Source: the human T2T-CHM13v2.0 reference genome, Homo sapiens. From it: 64,000 nt of DNA. The stretch lies in NCBI RefSeq assembly GCF_009914755.1, contig NC_060928.1, one strand, 5' to 3'. Below the pieces are notes generated by a model, which saw only the letters and a program-made list of their open reading frames with translations, made no database searches and was not told the origin of the DNA. The position numbers and the translations under genes are program-made. This document shows, piece by piece, positions 1-13,689 of the stretch (its first letter is position 1; each line of letters opens with the position of its first letter).

Positions 1-2016
1 TCCTGAGCATCCATCCTCAGCCAGTGTGCAACCAGGCAAAGAGGCACACATGGCACTGTTTGCACACTGGCTGCTTTCCAGGGCAGCTGGTAAAGGCTAG
101 TGTGGTGCTGTGTTGCTATGTATTTATACAGTGATAATCACCTTTGAGGCATGGCTACAGGCTGATCAAACGGTATGTCCAAACTAAACCTGGATACATT
201 CACTACGTCTCTATCTCTTTTTGAAGAGAGAAGCAGGAAAAAGTGAGGCACAAAGAGATGATAGAAATACTAGCTTACAAAAACAGAATTAGCAAGCTTA
301 AAATGTCTTGTATCGCCTATTGTGGTGCTGACAAACATGGTGATCCTAAGAGGCCTGGCCAAATATGCCACATACTTTAACTGAGTTACATATACACATC
401 ACATCTTTTATGTTTATAGATTGTTTAGATTGAAAGCCCTTTTATAGACATTGTATCATAGTATGTTCACTTGGTTTTCATTGAAAATATTTTTGACTGC
501 ATCATAAAAATAAAAATTTAATAAAATAACATTTTAAAATCTGTTGTTTAGAAAATTTGACTCTATTACCCAGAGACAGACTATGTCTACAGTTAACTCA
601 AAATTATCTGTGTCCACAGACAGAAACAATGGAATATATTGTAGATAATCTAAAATCCAGTTATACCATACTGTACCACGGAATTCAATTAACTGTATAA
701 GGGATGTATCAAATGTTTTGTTTCACCCATTTCACAACAAATTCTTTCTTCTCCACTAGTTACTGCTGCCCTGACCTCATCTTGAAACTCCCCTGAATTT
801 TCTGTCTACTTCATGCATGACTCCTTTTCTTGCTCCCTTTCTCTAAAGACAAATATGTCCTAAGGTTCAAGATACGTGTTTGGTCCTTATTTGTATCTAC
901 TCTCTTCCCCAAGATCTCATCTGCCTTCACAACTTCAACTTTCTTCTCTTTGTGGATGATTAATAAACCTTTATCTTCTACCTGTAAATAGATTCTATGT
1001 GGAATGCTCCATAAAAGGTATAAAAACAACTGACCATTTGGAAAAAAAAAAAAGTAAATGCAGATTCTATCTTCACATTATGTACAAAATTGAATTGTGC
1101 GTGGATTACAGAAAAAAAGTCTTAAAAAGTTTTTCTACAAAAGTACAACACAATCATAAAGTGTGGAGATAGACAGATGATAGACAAACTGAACTGCTTT
1201 GATAATATCTTCTGAGATATGCCAAAGGGATAGGTTTATTCAGGAAAATCAGAGACACAAATCAGCACATCACACATGCATGTTCAGGGACTGATGGAAA
1301 TATAATGTCAATGAAACACATTAGTTGCAACTTTATAATGCATTGAACTATGTGGCACTAAAGAGTGACAACACATTGAACATATCATGCAATGTCATGA
1401 AACATCCATTATAATACAATATCAATAATCCATTTATTATGCATATTTACCTGTGTTTCCAGACTTTCTGATAACCTTGTTTAAGGATAAAGTATATGAT
1501 TATTTTACTTAAAACCATAGGAAGAGGGAAACATTTCTACATACATCATAAAACTCAAAAGCCATAAAGTAAATATTTTAAATGCATTTTATAAGGCCCC
1601 AAAGAATGCAAACTGATAACAGATTATCTTTAGTGAGTGGAAAATTTATATTTATTCTAAAAATGTCTTAGTTATTTTATTTTTTAGTAATGAGAATATT
1701 ATCACAGTTTATTTGTATAAATTTTAAAACTATAGACATAAAAAGTACTATACAGTACTCAGCTAAGTCACTACTAATCAATATTCTTATTGGAATAAAT
1801 TTATCTGTCAAAACACTTTTTAATATTGCTGATAAAAACACAAAATATGACTTTTCTATAATGTTTTCAACTAAGGAAGAGTAAACATATAGAGAAGAAT
1901 AAATTTATCTCTCCAAGTTATTCAGAAAGACAACCAATTCCAGAAATCTATTAGAAATGATAGAAAAAAATACAGCTCTCTTGATTGGAAATGTCAGAAA
2001 CAAGAAAAGGAAGTTA

Positions 2017-2386
<370 letters not shown>

Positions 2387-3011
2387 GTCTGTTTCCAAAG
2401 GGTTTTTTTTTTTTCTTCCTTGCAGCACTAGCACTTCAGTATATAAGTATTCTATTCTATAGGGGGAAAAAAACTACTTCATCATCCAAAAAGTTTGAAA
2501 GAAACCTTGGCTAAGCATGAAAGTATTTCTTAACTTCCAGACTTCTTAAAACCCTTAATATATTCATGAACATGGTGAGTCTCAAACCAAGGGAAATAGT
2601 ATCAAAAGAATGATACATTGATTTGATTACAAATCCTCTTTTCCATGGTAGTTATTAATGGCCCATATTTTGCAAAATCCTTTCAGTATGTCAAGGAAGG
2701 TGCTTAAGTTAAGATAATGAGTCCCAAAAATAGAAATTACAAATTCCCCCCTGATTCCTTAGCTCACTAAATAAACCCAGACCATATATAGCCTGCACCA
2801 TGTGTTTCCTTGGACAAAAATGAGAGCCAAAAGTTTTAGAAATTCTTAGGAAATAATAGCCTATCTATTTATCTTAATATTTATTCTAAATATTCAAATT
2901 GGCATCCTATTTACCAAGGGTGTATCTGAGCTTCAGGGAGCATTTTCTCTACCACTATTACTCATCTTTTATGATCTGTAATTAAAACATATATACTGTT
3001 TTAAATGACTA

Positions 3012-3304
3012 TTTTTTTTTTTTGAGACAGAGCTTCATTCTGTCACCCAGGCTGGAGTGCAGTGGTGTGATCTTGGCTCAATGTAACCTCCACTTCCTGG
3101 GTTCAAGCAATTCTTCTGCCCCAGCCTCCCAAGTAACTGGGATTACAGGCATGCACCACCATGCCCATCTAATTTTTGTACTTTTAGTAGAGATGGGGTT
3201 TCACCATGTTGGCCAGGCTGGTCTGGAACTCCTGACCTCAGGTGATCTGCCCCCCTCGGCCTCCCAAAGTGCTGGGATTACAGGTGTGAGGCACCACACC
3301 CATC
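3012..3304 (-). mobile_element. Alu SINE (AluS-type)
   Basis: Poly-T, then GAGACAGAGC...CCCAGGCTGGAGTGCAGTGG...CCTCCCAAAGTGCTGGGATTACAGG, the reverse complement of Alu. Confidence 0.97.
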
Positions 3305-3709
3305 CTCCCATCAGTAGCTTCTGAGTTCAGAACTTTGTATCTCTGGATGTATTTACACTAAAACACTGCACACCAAAAATTGAGTAGCAAAATTCCTATA
3401 ATTCAAATTATTTATACTGATTAACAGTGTCTATATTCACAAATAAGTCAAATTACATATAATAAGTACATTATAGATTTATATTCAAAGAGAAGAACTA
3501 GCTCTAGAAAAGTTTACACAAATGAAATAAAAGTATATGTAATATGTAGGGAATTTTTACTGTATATTAATTCAAGCACAAGTATATGTGCTAATATACA
3601 TTTACATGTGAATTTTTATATCTGTTAGGTATCTCCTTTTCCTTTCCCTCTTCATTAAAAAATCAGTGAAAATCCTTGGTGGAATACGGCCAAGAAATAT
3701 CTCTGTTCT

Positions 3710-3871
3710 AGAATTGCAATGTTCTAAACACAAAGAAAAGATAAATGTTTGAGGTGATGAATATCCCAATTACCCTAATTTGATCATTATGCGTTGTCTG
3801 TATGTATCAAAATATCACATGCACCCAAAATATGTACAACTATGATATATAAATTTAAAAATACAAAAAAA
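3710..3871 (+). mobile_element. 5'-truncated L1MA-type LINE-1 3' end
   Basis: ATAAATGTTTGAGGTGATGAATATCCCAATTACCCTAATTTGATCATT...GTATCAAAATATCACATGCACCC matches the L1MA 3' terminus; A-tail; 18-bp TSD with 15/18 matches (3692-3709 vs 3871-3888). Confidence 0.85.
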
Positions 3872-4109
3872 GGAAAGACCTCTGTTCTGACCCAGATTCT
3901 TTCCCCTTTACAGTTGACTGCAAACACTATAGGTCAGGAATCAGATTGCACAACTGAGCAGAGACATGGATATATTTACACTTTTGGAATGACATTAAGC
4001 ATACTCCCTAGTTGCAGTGGCTTGGAAAGTTTACAATTTAGTCACTCTATACCTATAATTAGATGGACTGCAATCAGATTTCAGTATTTTCTAAACAATG
4101 TCTAAGAAG

Positions 4110-4315
4110 AAGAGGCTAGCAAACTATAGCCCTTGGGTCAAATCCAGCCCATACCTGTTTTGTGAGTATAGTTTTATTGAAACATAGCTATGCCTGTTCA
4201 TTTTAAATATTGTTGATGATTATTTTCATTCTACAAAAGGACTTGCAATAAAATTTCCTTTATGGCCAAGAAAGCCTAAAATATTTACTAGCTTGCCCTT
4301 TACAAAAAAGGTTTG
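4110..4315 (+). mobile_element. MER58A hAT-Charlie DNA transposon relic, missing its last ~10 bp
   Basis: GCAAACTATAGCCCTTGGGTCAAATCCAGCCC...AAGCCTAAAATATTTACTAGCTTGCCCTTTACAAAAAAGGTTTG follows the MER58A consensus; L1 begins immediately after. Confidence 0.85.
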
Positions 4316-7106
4316 AGGAGAAACTAAGATGGTAGACTAGATGCAGCTGCGAACCACCTCACCACCAAAATATTGAGTAAACCATCACACTTAAACAGAT
4401 CTTTTGAGAGAAAACACTGAAAGTCAATAGACAGACAACGCAGACACTGCAATTTAAGAGGGAGGAAACTGGGAAGGTTGCATGGAGATGCTGAGCACCA
4501 GGACCAGCTCCTGGTCCTAAACAGATCCTACGGAAGGAGTGAGGAAGGAACTCCACGGCACCACATTCCCACCATGGACCTCTGGGATGCTAGCTACAAG
4601 AGATCCCATGATCCCCACAGACATTTGAATTGGAAGGGGGAACTGCTCAGAGATCAGGCAGAGTCAAAGCTCAAGCCTGTGCAGAACTGAGAAGGTTTCA
4701 TAGTGTGCAGAGCCCCTGCAATAAAACGCAACCATAGGAGCCCATCCCCCAAGGCTCTCTATCTTGGTCTGGTGTCTGCTGCCCCTGCTACTGCCAGGCT
4801 GGGAGATAACAAGGCTGCCTGTCCCACAGGACCAGGGCACATCTGATCCATGCACCCCCTTGTCCACTGGCCCCTCAACCAAGATTGCCTACCTGGTCAC
4901 TCCTGCAGGAGTGCCCACAGCAAAATCTCCACTGTCCTGGCTGAGTGTTTGACTAGCAAATCTGGGAGAAATTTGGCCCCCCAGCACAGCTGGCACTCAA
5001 CCCTGAGGGGCCAGAGGACAAAACCACATGCCCAGTCCCAACACCTCAGGATTCGAACACACCTCACAGGGGTCTCAAGCTGAGATGTGTGGTCTGAACT
5101 TGAGCAGAGGAGGAGTCCCCACTCTCAGAACACTGAGAAGAATGTGGGTCAGGTTCATGTGCTGACACAGGAGCTGGGCATCCTTCCCTTAACAAGCCTG
5201 GTCCAGGAAAGGTATAGCTGGTTAGCTAGATGCAGCTTCTGCCCCAGGGATCCCCAAGGCCTTGAACACCTGGAGCAGTCCAACAATATGGACAGAGAAC
5301 GCTTTGGACAAGTTTACCTGGTCAGGCCTGCTCCAGGGACAGATAACGGAAGAAGACCTGGTCAGGGGAGTGTGAGCCATGTAGGGACCACAGTCATCTG
5401 CTGGGCTAAAAACTTTAAGCTATGGGCACCACACAGCTGCACACCTGCAGCGCAAACACTCTGCCTGGGGATCCTCCCTGCTGACCCACTGCATCACCAG
5501 ACCAACAACAGACATACCCCACAACCCACTCTGACTCTGTGAAGCTCAGAGGCCCAGCAGATCCCCAGAGTACTTCAGGTCTCCTGGTGACCTAACCTTA
5601 GACTCAGATCACCCCTAAGGGAAAAGGGGGTGCAGTCCACTTAAGAAATGTGGATGCAGAGCCAGTAATTGAAAGGGGATACCCCAAGACCCAGGAACAG
5701 ACTTGGTGAAGAAGTCACTGACCACACCCTCATCTCCTCTGTGCACAGCACTGTTGCAAGCACACTGAAACAGAAAAGAGGTGCATGCCTAAGTAAAAGC
5801 CTATCTGCTGGCCCATCTACTGGATCACAGTCTGAATTCTACCACCAAACAAAAGTAAATTCCTTCAACCTGCAATTCCTGTGAAATGCAATGCAGGAAA
5901 CTATCCAAAGATAAGAGACCTGAACAGAGCCTTGGCCCTCTGAAAGCACCCAGAAAATTTGCAAATCAACTATACACAGCATACACCACAGCCAAACCCT
6001 GAAGGAGGAAAAAAAAAAGAATATAAAAACAAAAATCCCTCTCCAAATGACAGCAATTTCAAAAATAAAAAGGAATATCAGCCCCTTCAGATAAGAAAGA
6101 ATCAGCACAAGAACTCCAGCAATTCAAAAAGTCAGTGTTTCTTTACCTCCAAAGGATTACACTAGCTCTCCAGCAATGGGTCCTAAACAGATTGAAATGT
6201 CTGCAATGACAGACATGGAATTCAGAATCTAAATGGCAAGAAAGCTCAATGGGATTCAAGAGAAACTTGATACAATCCAAGGAAGCCAGGAAAACAATCC
6301 AACAGCTGAAATACAACATAAGAACCAAACTGAACTTCTGGAATTGAAAATTTCATTACAGGAATTTCAAAATACAATTGGAAGCCTTAACAACAAGCTA
6401 GGCCAAGCTGAAAAAAGGATTTCAGAGCTCAAACACCAGACCTCCAAATCAATCCAGTTAGAAAAAGGTAAAGAAAAAAGACCTTAAAAATGAACAAATC
6501 TGTGAGAAATATGGAATTATGTAGAGGGACCAAACCTACATCTCATTAGTATTCTGAGAGAGAAAGAGAGAGAGAGAGTAACCAACTTGGAAAACATATC
6601 TGAGGATTTAATCCACAAAAATTTCCCCAATATTACTAGAGGTTTACATGCAAATTCAAGAAATTCAGAGAACTTCTACAAGATACTATACAAGATGACC
6701 TTCCCCAAGACAAATAGTCATCAGACTTTCCAACATCAATGTAAAAGAAAAGTTCCTAAAGGCAGCTAGAGAAAAGGTCCAGATCACTTTTAAAAAATAA
6801 TAATAAAGAAAGAAAAACTTCCTCAGTCAAACAGTGGATTTCTTGGCAGAGACTCTACAAGCCAGAAAGCACTGAAGGCTTATTTTTAGCATTCTTACAA
6901 AAAAAGAAATTCCAACTAAGAATTTAATGTCCCAACAAACTAAGCTTCATAAGTGAAAGAGAAATAAAACATTTTTCAGACAAGCAATCATTAAGGGAAT
7001 TCATTACCACTAGACCAGCCTTACAAGAAATCCTTCAGGGAATTCCAAACAATGGAAATAAAAGAACAATACCCGCTACCATAAAAACACACAAAAGAAC
7101 ATAGCT

Positions 7107-7445
<339 letters not shown>

Positions 7446-9013
7446 TCAAGACTACAAAGCAACCAGCTAGCAATAGCATGGAAGGATCAAAACCTCACAA
7501 ATTAATATTAATCTTGAAAGTGAAAGACCTAAACATCCCACTTAAAAGGCAGAGTGGCAAGTTCGATTAAGAAAATAAGACCCAACCTTCTGCTATCTTC
7601 AACAGACCCATCTCAAATGTAATAAACCCATAAGCTCAAAGTAAAGGGATGGAAAAAGATCTATCACACAAAAAGAAAAGAAGAAAAGGCGAGTGTCATT
7701 TTTCTTATATCATATAAATCAGACTTTAAACCAACAACAACAAAAAAGGTAAAATAAGGTCACTGCATAATGATAGAGGGTTCAGTCCAACAATAAGACT
7801 TAACTATCCTAAATATACATGTATTCAACACTGGAGCAACAAGATTCATAAAACAAGTACTTGTAGACCAATGGAAAGACTTAGAAAACCACACAACTGA
7901 GTGGGAGGCTTAAACACCCCACTGACAGCATTAGACAGATCATCCCGGCAGAAAACTAACAAAGAAATTCTGAACTTAAATTTGACACTTGACCAATTGG
8001 ACCTAATAGACATCTACAGGACACTCCACCCAACAACTACAGAATGTAAGCTCTTCTCATCTGCACATGAAATATACTCTAAGATCAACCACATGCTCAG
8101 CCATAAAGCAAGTCTCAATAAATATAAAAAATAGAAATCATATCAAGCATATTCTCAGACCTTGTGGAATAAAAATAGAAATTAATACCAAGCAGTTCTC
8201 ACAAAATCACGCAATTACTGAGAACCAAACAACTTGCTCCTGAATGACTGTTGAGTAAACAAAATGAAGGCAGAAATCAAATACTCTTTAAAATAAATGA
8301 AAGAAGAGACAGAATATACCAAAATCTCTGGGATGCAGCAAAAACAGTGTTAAGAGGAAAGTTTAGAGTGCTAAACACATAAAGAAGTTAGAAAGATCTC
8401 AAATTAACAATCTAACATCTCAACTAGAGGAACTAGAAAAACAAGAACTAACCCAAAAGCTAGCAGAAGAAAAGAAATAACTAAAATCAAAGCAGACCTA
8501 AATGCAATTGAGATCAAAACTTCATGTAAATAATCAATTAAATGAAAAGTTGTATCCTTTGAAAGGGTGAACAGGATAGCTAGATTAACAAAGAAAAAGA
8601 GAGAGAATATCCAAATAAGCATAATTAGAAATGACAAAGGTGGCATTACAACTGATCCCACAGAAATGCAAAAAATCCTCAGAGACTATTAATGACACCC
8701 CTTTGCACATAAACTAGATAATCCAGAGAAAATGGCTAAATTCCTGGAAACACACAACCTCCCAAGACTGAATTAGGAAGAAATTGAAAACCTGAATGGA
8801 CCAGTAAAAAGTTTCAAAATTAAGTCACTAATAAAACAACCTAGCAACCAAATAAAGCCCTGGAACAGATAAATTCACAGCCAAAATCTACCAGACTTGC
8901 AAAGAAGAGATGGTACCAATCTCACTAACACTATTCCAAAAAGTATCTAGAAGTGATGCCCCACTAACTCATCCCATGAAGCCAGCATCATATCGATAAC
9001 AAAATCTGGCAAA

Positions 9014-9014
<1 letters not shown>

Positions 9015-9052
<38 letters not shown>
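9015..9052. repeat. (AC)n microsatellite, ~19 units, within L1 ORF2
   Basis: Perfect AC run. Confidence 0.98.
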
Positions 9053-9056
<4 letters not shown>

Positions 9057-9499
9057 CTACCAGCCAATATAACTGATGAACATAGACACAAAAATCCACA
9101 GCAAAATACTAGCAAACCAAATCCAACAGCACATCAATCAGTTAATTCCCCACAATAAATTAGGCTTCATTCTGGGGATGCAAGGTTGGTTCAACAAATG
9201 CAAATCAGTAAATGTGATTCACCATATAAACAGAATTAAAAATAAAATATGTAGGAATATATATCTTATTGTCAGTGTCACCGCTATTAGATTTGGTTTG
9301 GAATTGAGTCTGCATATATGTGAATATTGGAGTCTCTAGTTTTCTGAGTATTCACAATTTATATTAATGAGATTATATTTTAAGGTTCTGACTAAAGAAT
9401 TTAGCAAAGTTGTGTTTTTTTTCAATACTACCTCATGCTTCAAAAACGTGCTCTTCTGAGAGCAATGAAAACCTCCAATCTCATAGAGAATCACTGGTT

Positions 9500-11825
9500 C
9501 ACTTCCTAGAGAAATAAATCTAATGAAAAATAAGTAAGACTTCTATACAGAAAACGATAAAACATTACTAAGATAAATTTTAAAAGATGAGGGAGAGAGA
9601 GAGAGAGAGACAGAGAGAGAGAGAATGCTTCCAAGAACTGAAAGGCTCAATTTTGAAAGTTAACAATTCCTTTCAGATTGATCTGTAAATTTAATGGAAT
9701 ACCAAAAAAATTCACAAGAAGTTTTTACAGAACTTGACATGCTTATTCTATGATTTATGTGGAAATCCTGAAAACAAAGAATAGTTAAGACAACTTACAG
9801 AATAAATTTGGAGTGTTTACACTACCCAGATATCAAGACATATTATAAACCTCAGTAATAAGAAATCATGGTTTTCATGCAGGAGATATAAACAGACCAA
9901 TGAACAAAAACCAGTATCCAGAAAAAGAAGCAAACATAAATATTTACCTGATATATGACATATAAATTTTACTGATTCTTTTGTTAATCTACATGATATA
10001 AAAATGAGTCTTAATTCCTACCTCACATAAAAATCAACTCCCAATATATTTTAAGACTGAATGTGAAACGTAAAACAGTAAAACTTCTAAAACATTTAAA
10101 AAATCTTCCAGACTGTGGACACGACCCTTACAGGGCCCCCGCAATTCCTGTTTCCTGGTGTTCACATCATATATAGTCCCATCCCCTTTGCTGTGACTTG
10201 CTTCTAACTAATAGAACATGGCAAAGGTGAAGAAATTTCAAATGTAATTAAAGCCTCAAATAATAACTAACTTGGAGTTATTATCAAAAGAAACGTTATC
10301 CCACATGGTCTGACTCACTCAAGTGAAGGTCTTTAAAAGAAGGACTGGAGCCTCCTCAAAAAAGGGACTTTCCTTTTTGACTTGATGAAGTAAGATTGAT
10401 TGAAGAAGGCTCCACGATGAAGAAGTGCAAGCTGCCTCCAGAATTACAAGTGGCCTCCATCACCTGAGGTTAGCCACCAGCCAAAAGCCAGCAAAAATCT
10501 GCAGCCCTCATTCATACAGTCACAGAAAAATTAATTTTGCCAAAACCTGAATTAACTTAGAAGTAGATTCTTCACAGTCAAGTCTCCAGATGAGAGTACA
10601 GCCCAGCCAACACCTTAATTTCAGCCTTGTGAGGCCCTGAGCAGGTAATTCATCCTCAGACTCTGACACATAGAGGCAGTGAGATCATATTATTTAAGCT
10701 GCTGAGTTTATCTAGCAACAATAGAAAACTAACACAATGACTTTACCCTAGGCAAAGATTTTTCGGATAGGATGCATAAAAGCACTAACTATAAAGAAAA
10801 AGATTGATAAACTAACTTCACTAAAATTAAGAGCTTCTGCTCACCAAAATTACCATCAAGAGAGTAAAAAAGCAAGCTATAAAGTGTGAGAGTATATTTG
10901 CAACCATATATCCAAAGAATGAACTCCACTCCATAATATATAAGGAACTCCTATAAATCAATAGAAAACATATAGACAACTCAATTAATGGAAAAAAGAT
11001 TTAAACAGGTACTTCACAGAAAGGATATCAAATGGTTATAAACATATCAATAGGTGTTTAGCATCATTATTCTTTCAGTAAAATAAATGTTAAAGTCAAA
11101 ATAAAAAAATCACTACAAATACACCAGAGTAGCTAACAGTTAAAAAAAACTAAACCAAACAGTGGTCAGACTATGATACAACAAAAACTCTCATACTCTG
11201 GTGGTAAGTGTGTAAATTGGCGCAACTTCTTCTGAAAATTGAAAATGGCTTTAGAGTGTCTTCCAAAGATGAATGTACACATATCCTATGGTCTGTCAAT
11301 TCTACATCAAAATACATATCAGACAAAAACATGTACAAATGTCATGTACTAGAGTATTTATATTCTTGAATATTCATATTTGGCTATACTTAATAGTCAA
11401 GACCTGTAAAGGATTTGAATGTTTGTTAATAATGGTATGGATTAATAATTGTAATATATTCATGCAATGGGATACTATACAACAATTAAAATAAATGAAT
11501 AATTACCACATGTACAACACAGACAAATATCACAAACAGAAAGATCAATGGAAGAATCCAAACATAAAAGAATCATACTGCATGAGTTTATTTACATAAG
11601 GTTCAGAGGAGTCAAAACTGATTTATGGTTATAAAAGTTAAAATGCTAAATACAGTGGGGTACTGAGTGGAAGTGTGGCAAAAGGAAGCTTTCTAGGTAC
11701 TATTAAATATTCTATTTTTAATCTGTATGGTAGTTACAAAAGTGTGTTTATTTTGAAAATTTATAGAGCTATACACTTAAGATTTGTGCACTTTTCTAGA
11801 TGTATTCTATATGTCAGTAAAAACT
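9500..11825 (+). mobile_element. Ancient L1M(E) ORF2 3' region and 3'UTR, interrupted by (GA)n 9592-9624 and an MLT1 LTR
   Basis: Diverged ORF2 motifs (TACCCAGATATCAAGACATATTATAAA; AAAATTAAGAGCTTCTGCTCACCAAA; ATATTTGCAACCATATATCC) and an L1ME-like 3' end (TATACACTTAAGATTTGTGCACTTTTCT). Confidence 0.8.
10114..10736 (+). mobile_element. MLT1E/F-type MaLR solo LTR
   Basis: TGTGG start; TGTGACTTGCTTCTAACTAATAGAACATGGCAAAGGTGA; GCCCAGCCAACACCTTAATTTCAGCCTTGTGAG; ends ATAGAAAACTAACACA; degenerate 5-bp TSD cagac/atgac. Confidence 0.85.
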
Positions 11826-11936
11826 GACAAAGACCATACAAATAAGCAGGTTAATCAAAAAGTTTCAAATCAGAAGAGGATTGAAGAGTTAGAGTTAGTT
11901 TAGTGTGATTTTGGCACCAGAATGGGCAAATAAACC
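11786..11936 (+). repeat. Local direct duplication, copy 1 of 151 bp
   Basis: Ungapped alignment with 13209-13359, 19 mismatches by manual count (~87% identity). Confidence 0.95.
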
Positions 11937-12384
11937 TATGAAACAGAATAGAGTGTCCAATATCAGAAGCACACTTGTAGGGTCATTTGATTTATGATAC
12001 TAGTCCATGACTTGGAAAACTTCAGAGCCCAAATAAACAGAAGAAAAGAGATAAAAATACTAGGCAAAATAATCAAAACATACAGAGAAACTGAGGGAGT
12101 GGATGCAAAGCAGAGAGAATGGATACTAACTCAAGAAGAACTCTGGTGAAGCTTTCCTAAGAAAGGCTTTCTGGAAAGTCTGCAAGCGGTGACACATGAA
12201 AGCAGCAGACAATGATTAAGTACAGAGTTACAGAGCGAACCTTGTTCTCTGGGGAAAAGACCACTTCCCTGACAATGGGTCCCAGTGCTCAAAAGAATGT
12301 GAAATCAATGCTGCATTATCAACTTGACTGTATTGACTAGGTAGTAGAATTAAAATCTGAGATATAAATTAAGGTGCTGCCCAC

Positions 12385-12965
12385 CTCGTGTTTTTTTGCT
12401 ACATAACAAACTGTCCCCAAAGTTTAGAGGCTTAAAACAACTAATTTATTATCTCTTATGATTTTGTGGGCCAGGAATTTGGGCAGGCTTAGCTGAGCAT
12501 TCTTCATGCTCCACAGTGTTAGCAGCTGTAACTTGATGTTACACAGTTTGTGAATGGATTTATCCATGGGGTCCAAGACAGCTTCACTTACATGTCTAAT
12601 GCCTCGGCTGGAATAACTGCAAGGCTGCCTGGGTTCAGCTGCGACTGTTAATCAGGATAACCACCCATGGCTTCTCCAGAATGGCAGTCTCAGAGTATCT
12701 GGACTCCTTATATAGCAGCTCAGGATTCCCAGTGTTCCAGAAGTGAGCATTCCAAGAGATCCACACAAAAGCTGCAATACTTCCTATGATCTAGCCTTGG
12801 AAGTCTTATAACACCACTATTGCCCTTTCTTTTGGTCCAGCGAGTCAACTAAGCCAGCCCAGATTTAAGGGGAGAAGTATGAAATAGGCTATCACTTACA
12901 GAGGAAATAGCATTCATGTACAGGGCAGAATGGAAGTGATGCCAGCCTTCTTAGAGACATGCTTC
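12385..12965 (-). mobile_element. MLT1H/I-type MaLR LTR
   Basis: GCTACATAACAAAC...GGCTTAAAACAACTAATTTATTATCTCTTATGATTTTGTGGGCCAGGAATTTGGGCAGG...CTAGCCTTGGAAGTC...AAGCCAGCCCAGATTTAAGGGGAG, typical of antisense MLT1. Confidence 0.75.
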
Positions 12966-13138
12966 ATACTAAGTCAGTAACATCCTTTGCATCACTAGAG
13001 AAATTACAAAGTTTTTAAAGAACAGAAAAGTCAGATTTTAGCTTTTGCATGAGAATGGATATCAATAACTAAATCAGCCGATGGAAGGTGTGACAACAGA
13101 TGCCAGCACGGACAGTTGATGGTTGAGGAGTAGATGCC

Positions 13139-13155
13139 CTGCCCTCTGGCGCTAA
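13139..13155 (-). promoter_or_regulatory. Candidate CTCF binding motif
   Basis: Minus strand TTAGCGCCAGAGGGCAG matches the CTCF core CC(A/G)(C/G)(C/T)AG(A/G)(G/T)GGC(A/G) except at its first base; motif match only. Confidence 0.35.
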
Positions 13156-13208
13156 GCACTGGAGGAAGCTCCCAGTGTGTGTGTGTGTACAAGTATTATA
13201 TATAGAGA

Positions 13209-13359
13209 GTACACTTTTCTATATGTATGCTATACATCAATAAAAATTGACAAAGACTATAAAAATAAATAGGTCAGTCAAAAAGTTTCAAATCAGAAGA
13301 GGACTGAAGAGTTAGAGTTAGTTCGGTGTGATTTTGGTACCAGGATGGACAAATAAACC
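13209..13359 (+). repeat. Local direct duplication, copy 2 of 151 bp
   Basis: Matches 11786-11936; flanked by (TG)n/(TA)n at 13175-13204 and (TATATG/TATCTG)n at 13361-13455. Confidence 0.95.
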
Positions 13360-13360
13360 A

Positions 13361-13455
13361 TGTGTATATGTATCTGTATCTGTATATATATATGTATCTG
13401 TATATGTATATGTATATGCATATGTATATGTATATGTATATGTATACACACACAC
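13361..13455. repeat. Compound (TATCTG)/(TATATG)/(CA) microsatellite
   Basis: Visible tandem units. Confidence 0.9.
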
Positions 13456-13689
13456 CTTCTTGGGGAGAATGGAAAGGGGAAAATCCTGTATGGTTTGAGA
13501 AGTTCTTGAAATGACTAAGTTTAACTTAAAGTGACAATGGTTAAATTTGTGCCAGTAGGCAGAATGGAACAGGGCAGAAATTAATTTCAGTTGTAGGAAA
13601 ATAAAACCATATTTTTAAACTCCTAAATTTGTGGTAAATTAAATACATACCTATAAAATTGCTTTAAGTGTATGTTTCTATTGGTTTGA

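Noticed and set aside
1265-1435. Weak 5-bp periodicity (ACATC/ATGCA/ATATC-like)
   Set aside because: Looks like a decayed pentanucleotide microsatellite; too degenerate to define a unit
4359-5884. Cluster of overlapping ORFs up to 151 aa in GC-richer DNA
   Set aside because: Lies within the L1PA15/16 5'UTR; no recognisable domain
13102-13116. CAGCACGGACAG, resembling a REST/RE1 site
   Set aside because: Half-site spacing is shorter than canonical and the right half lacks GCGCC
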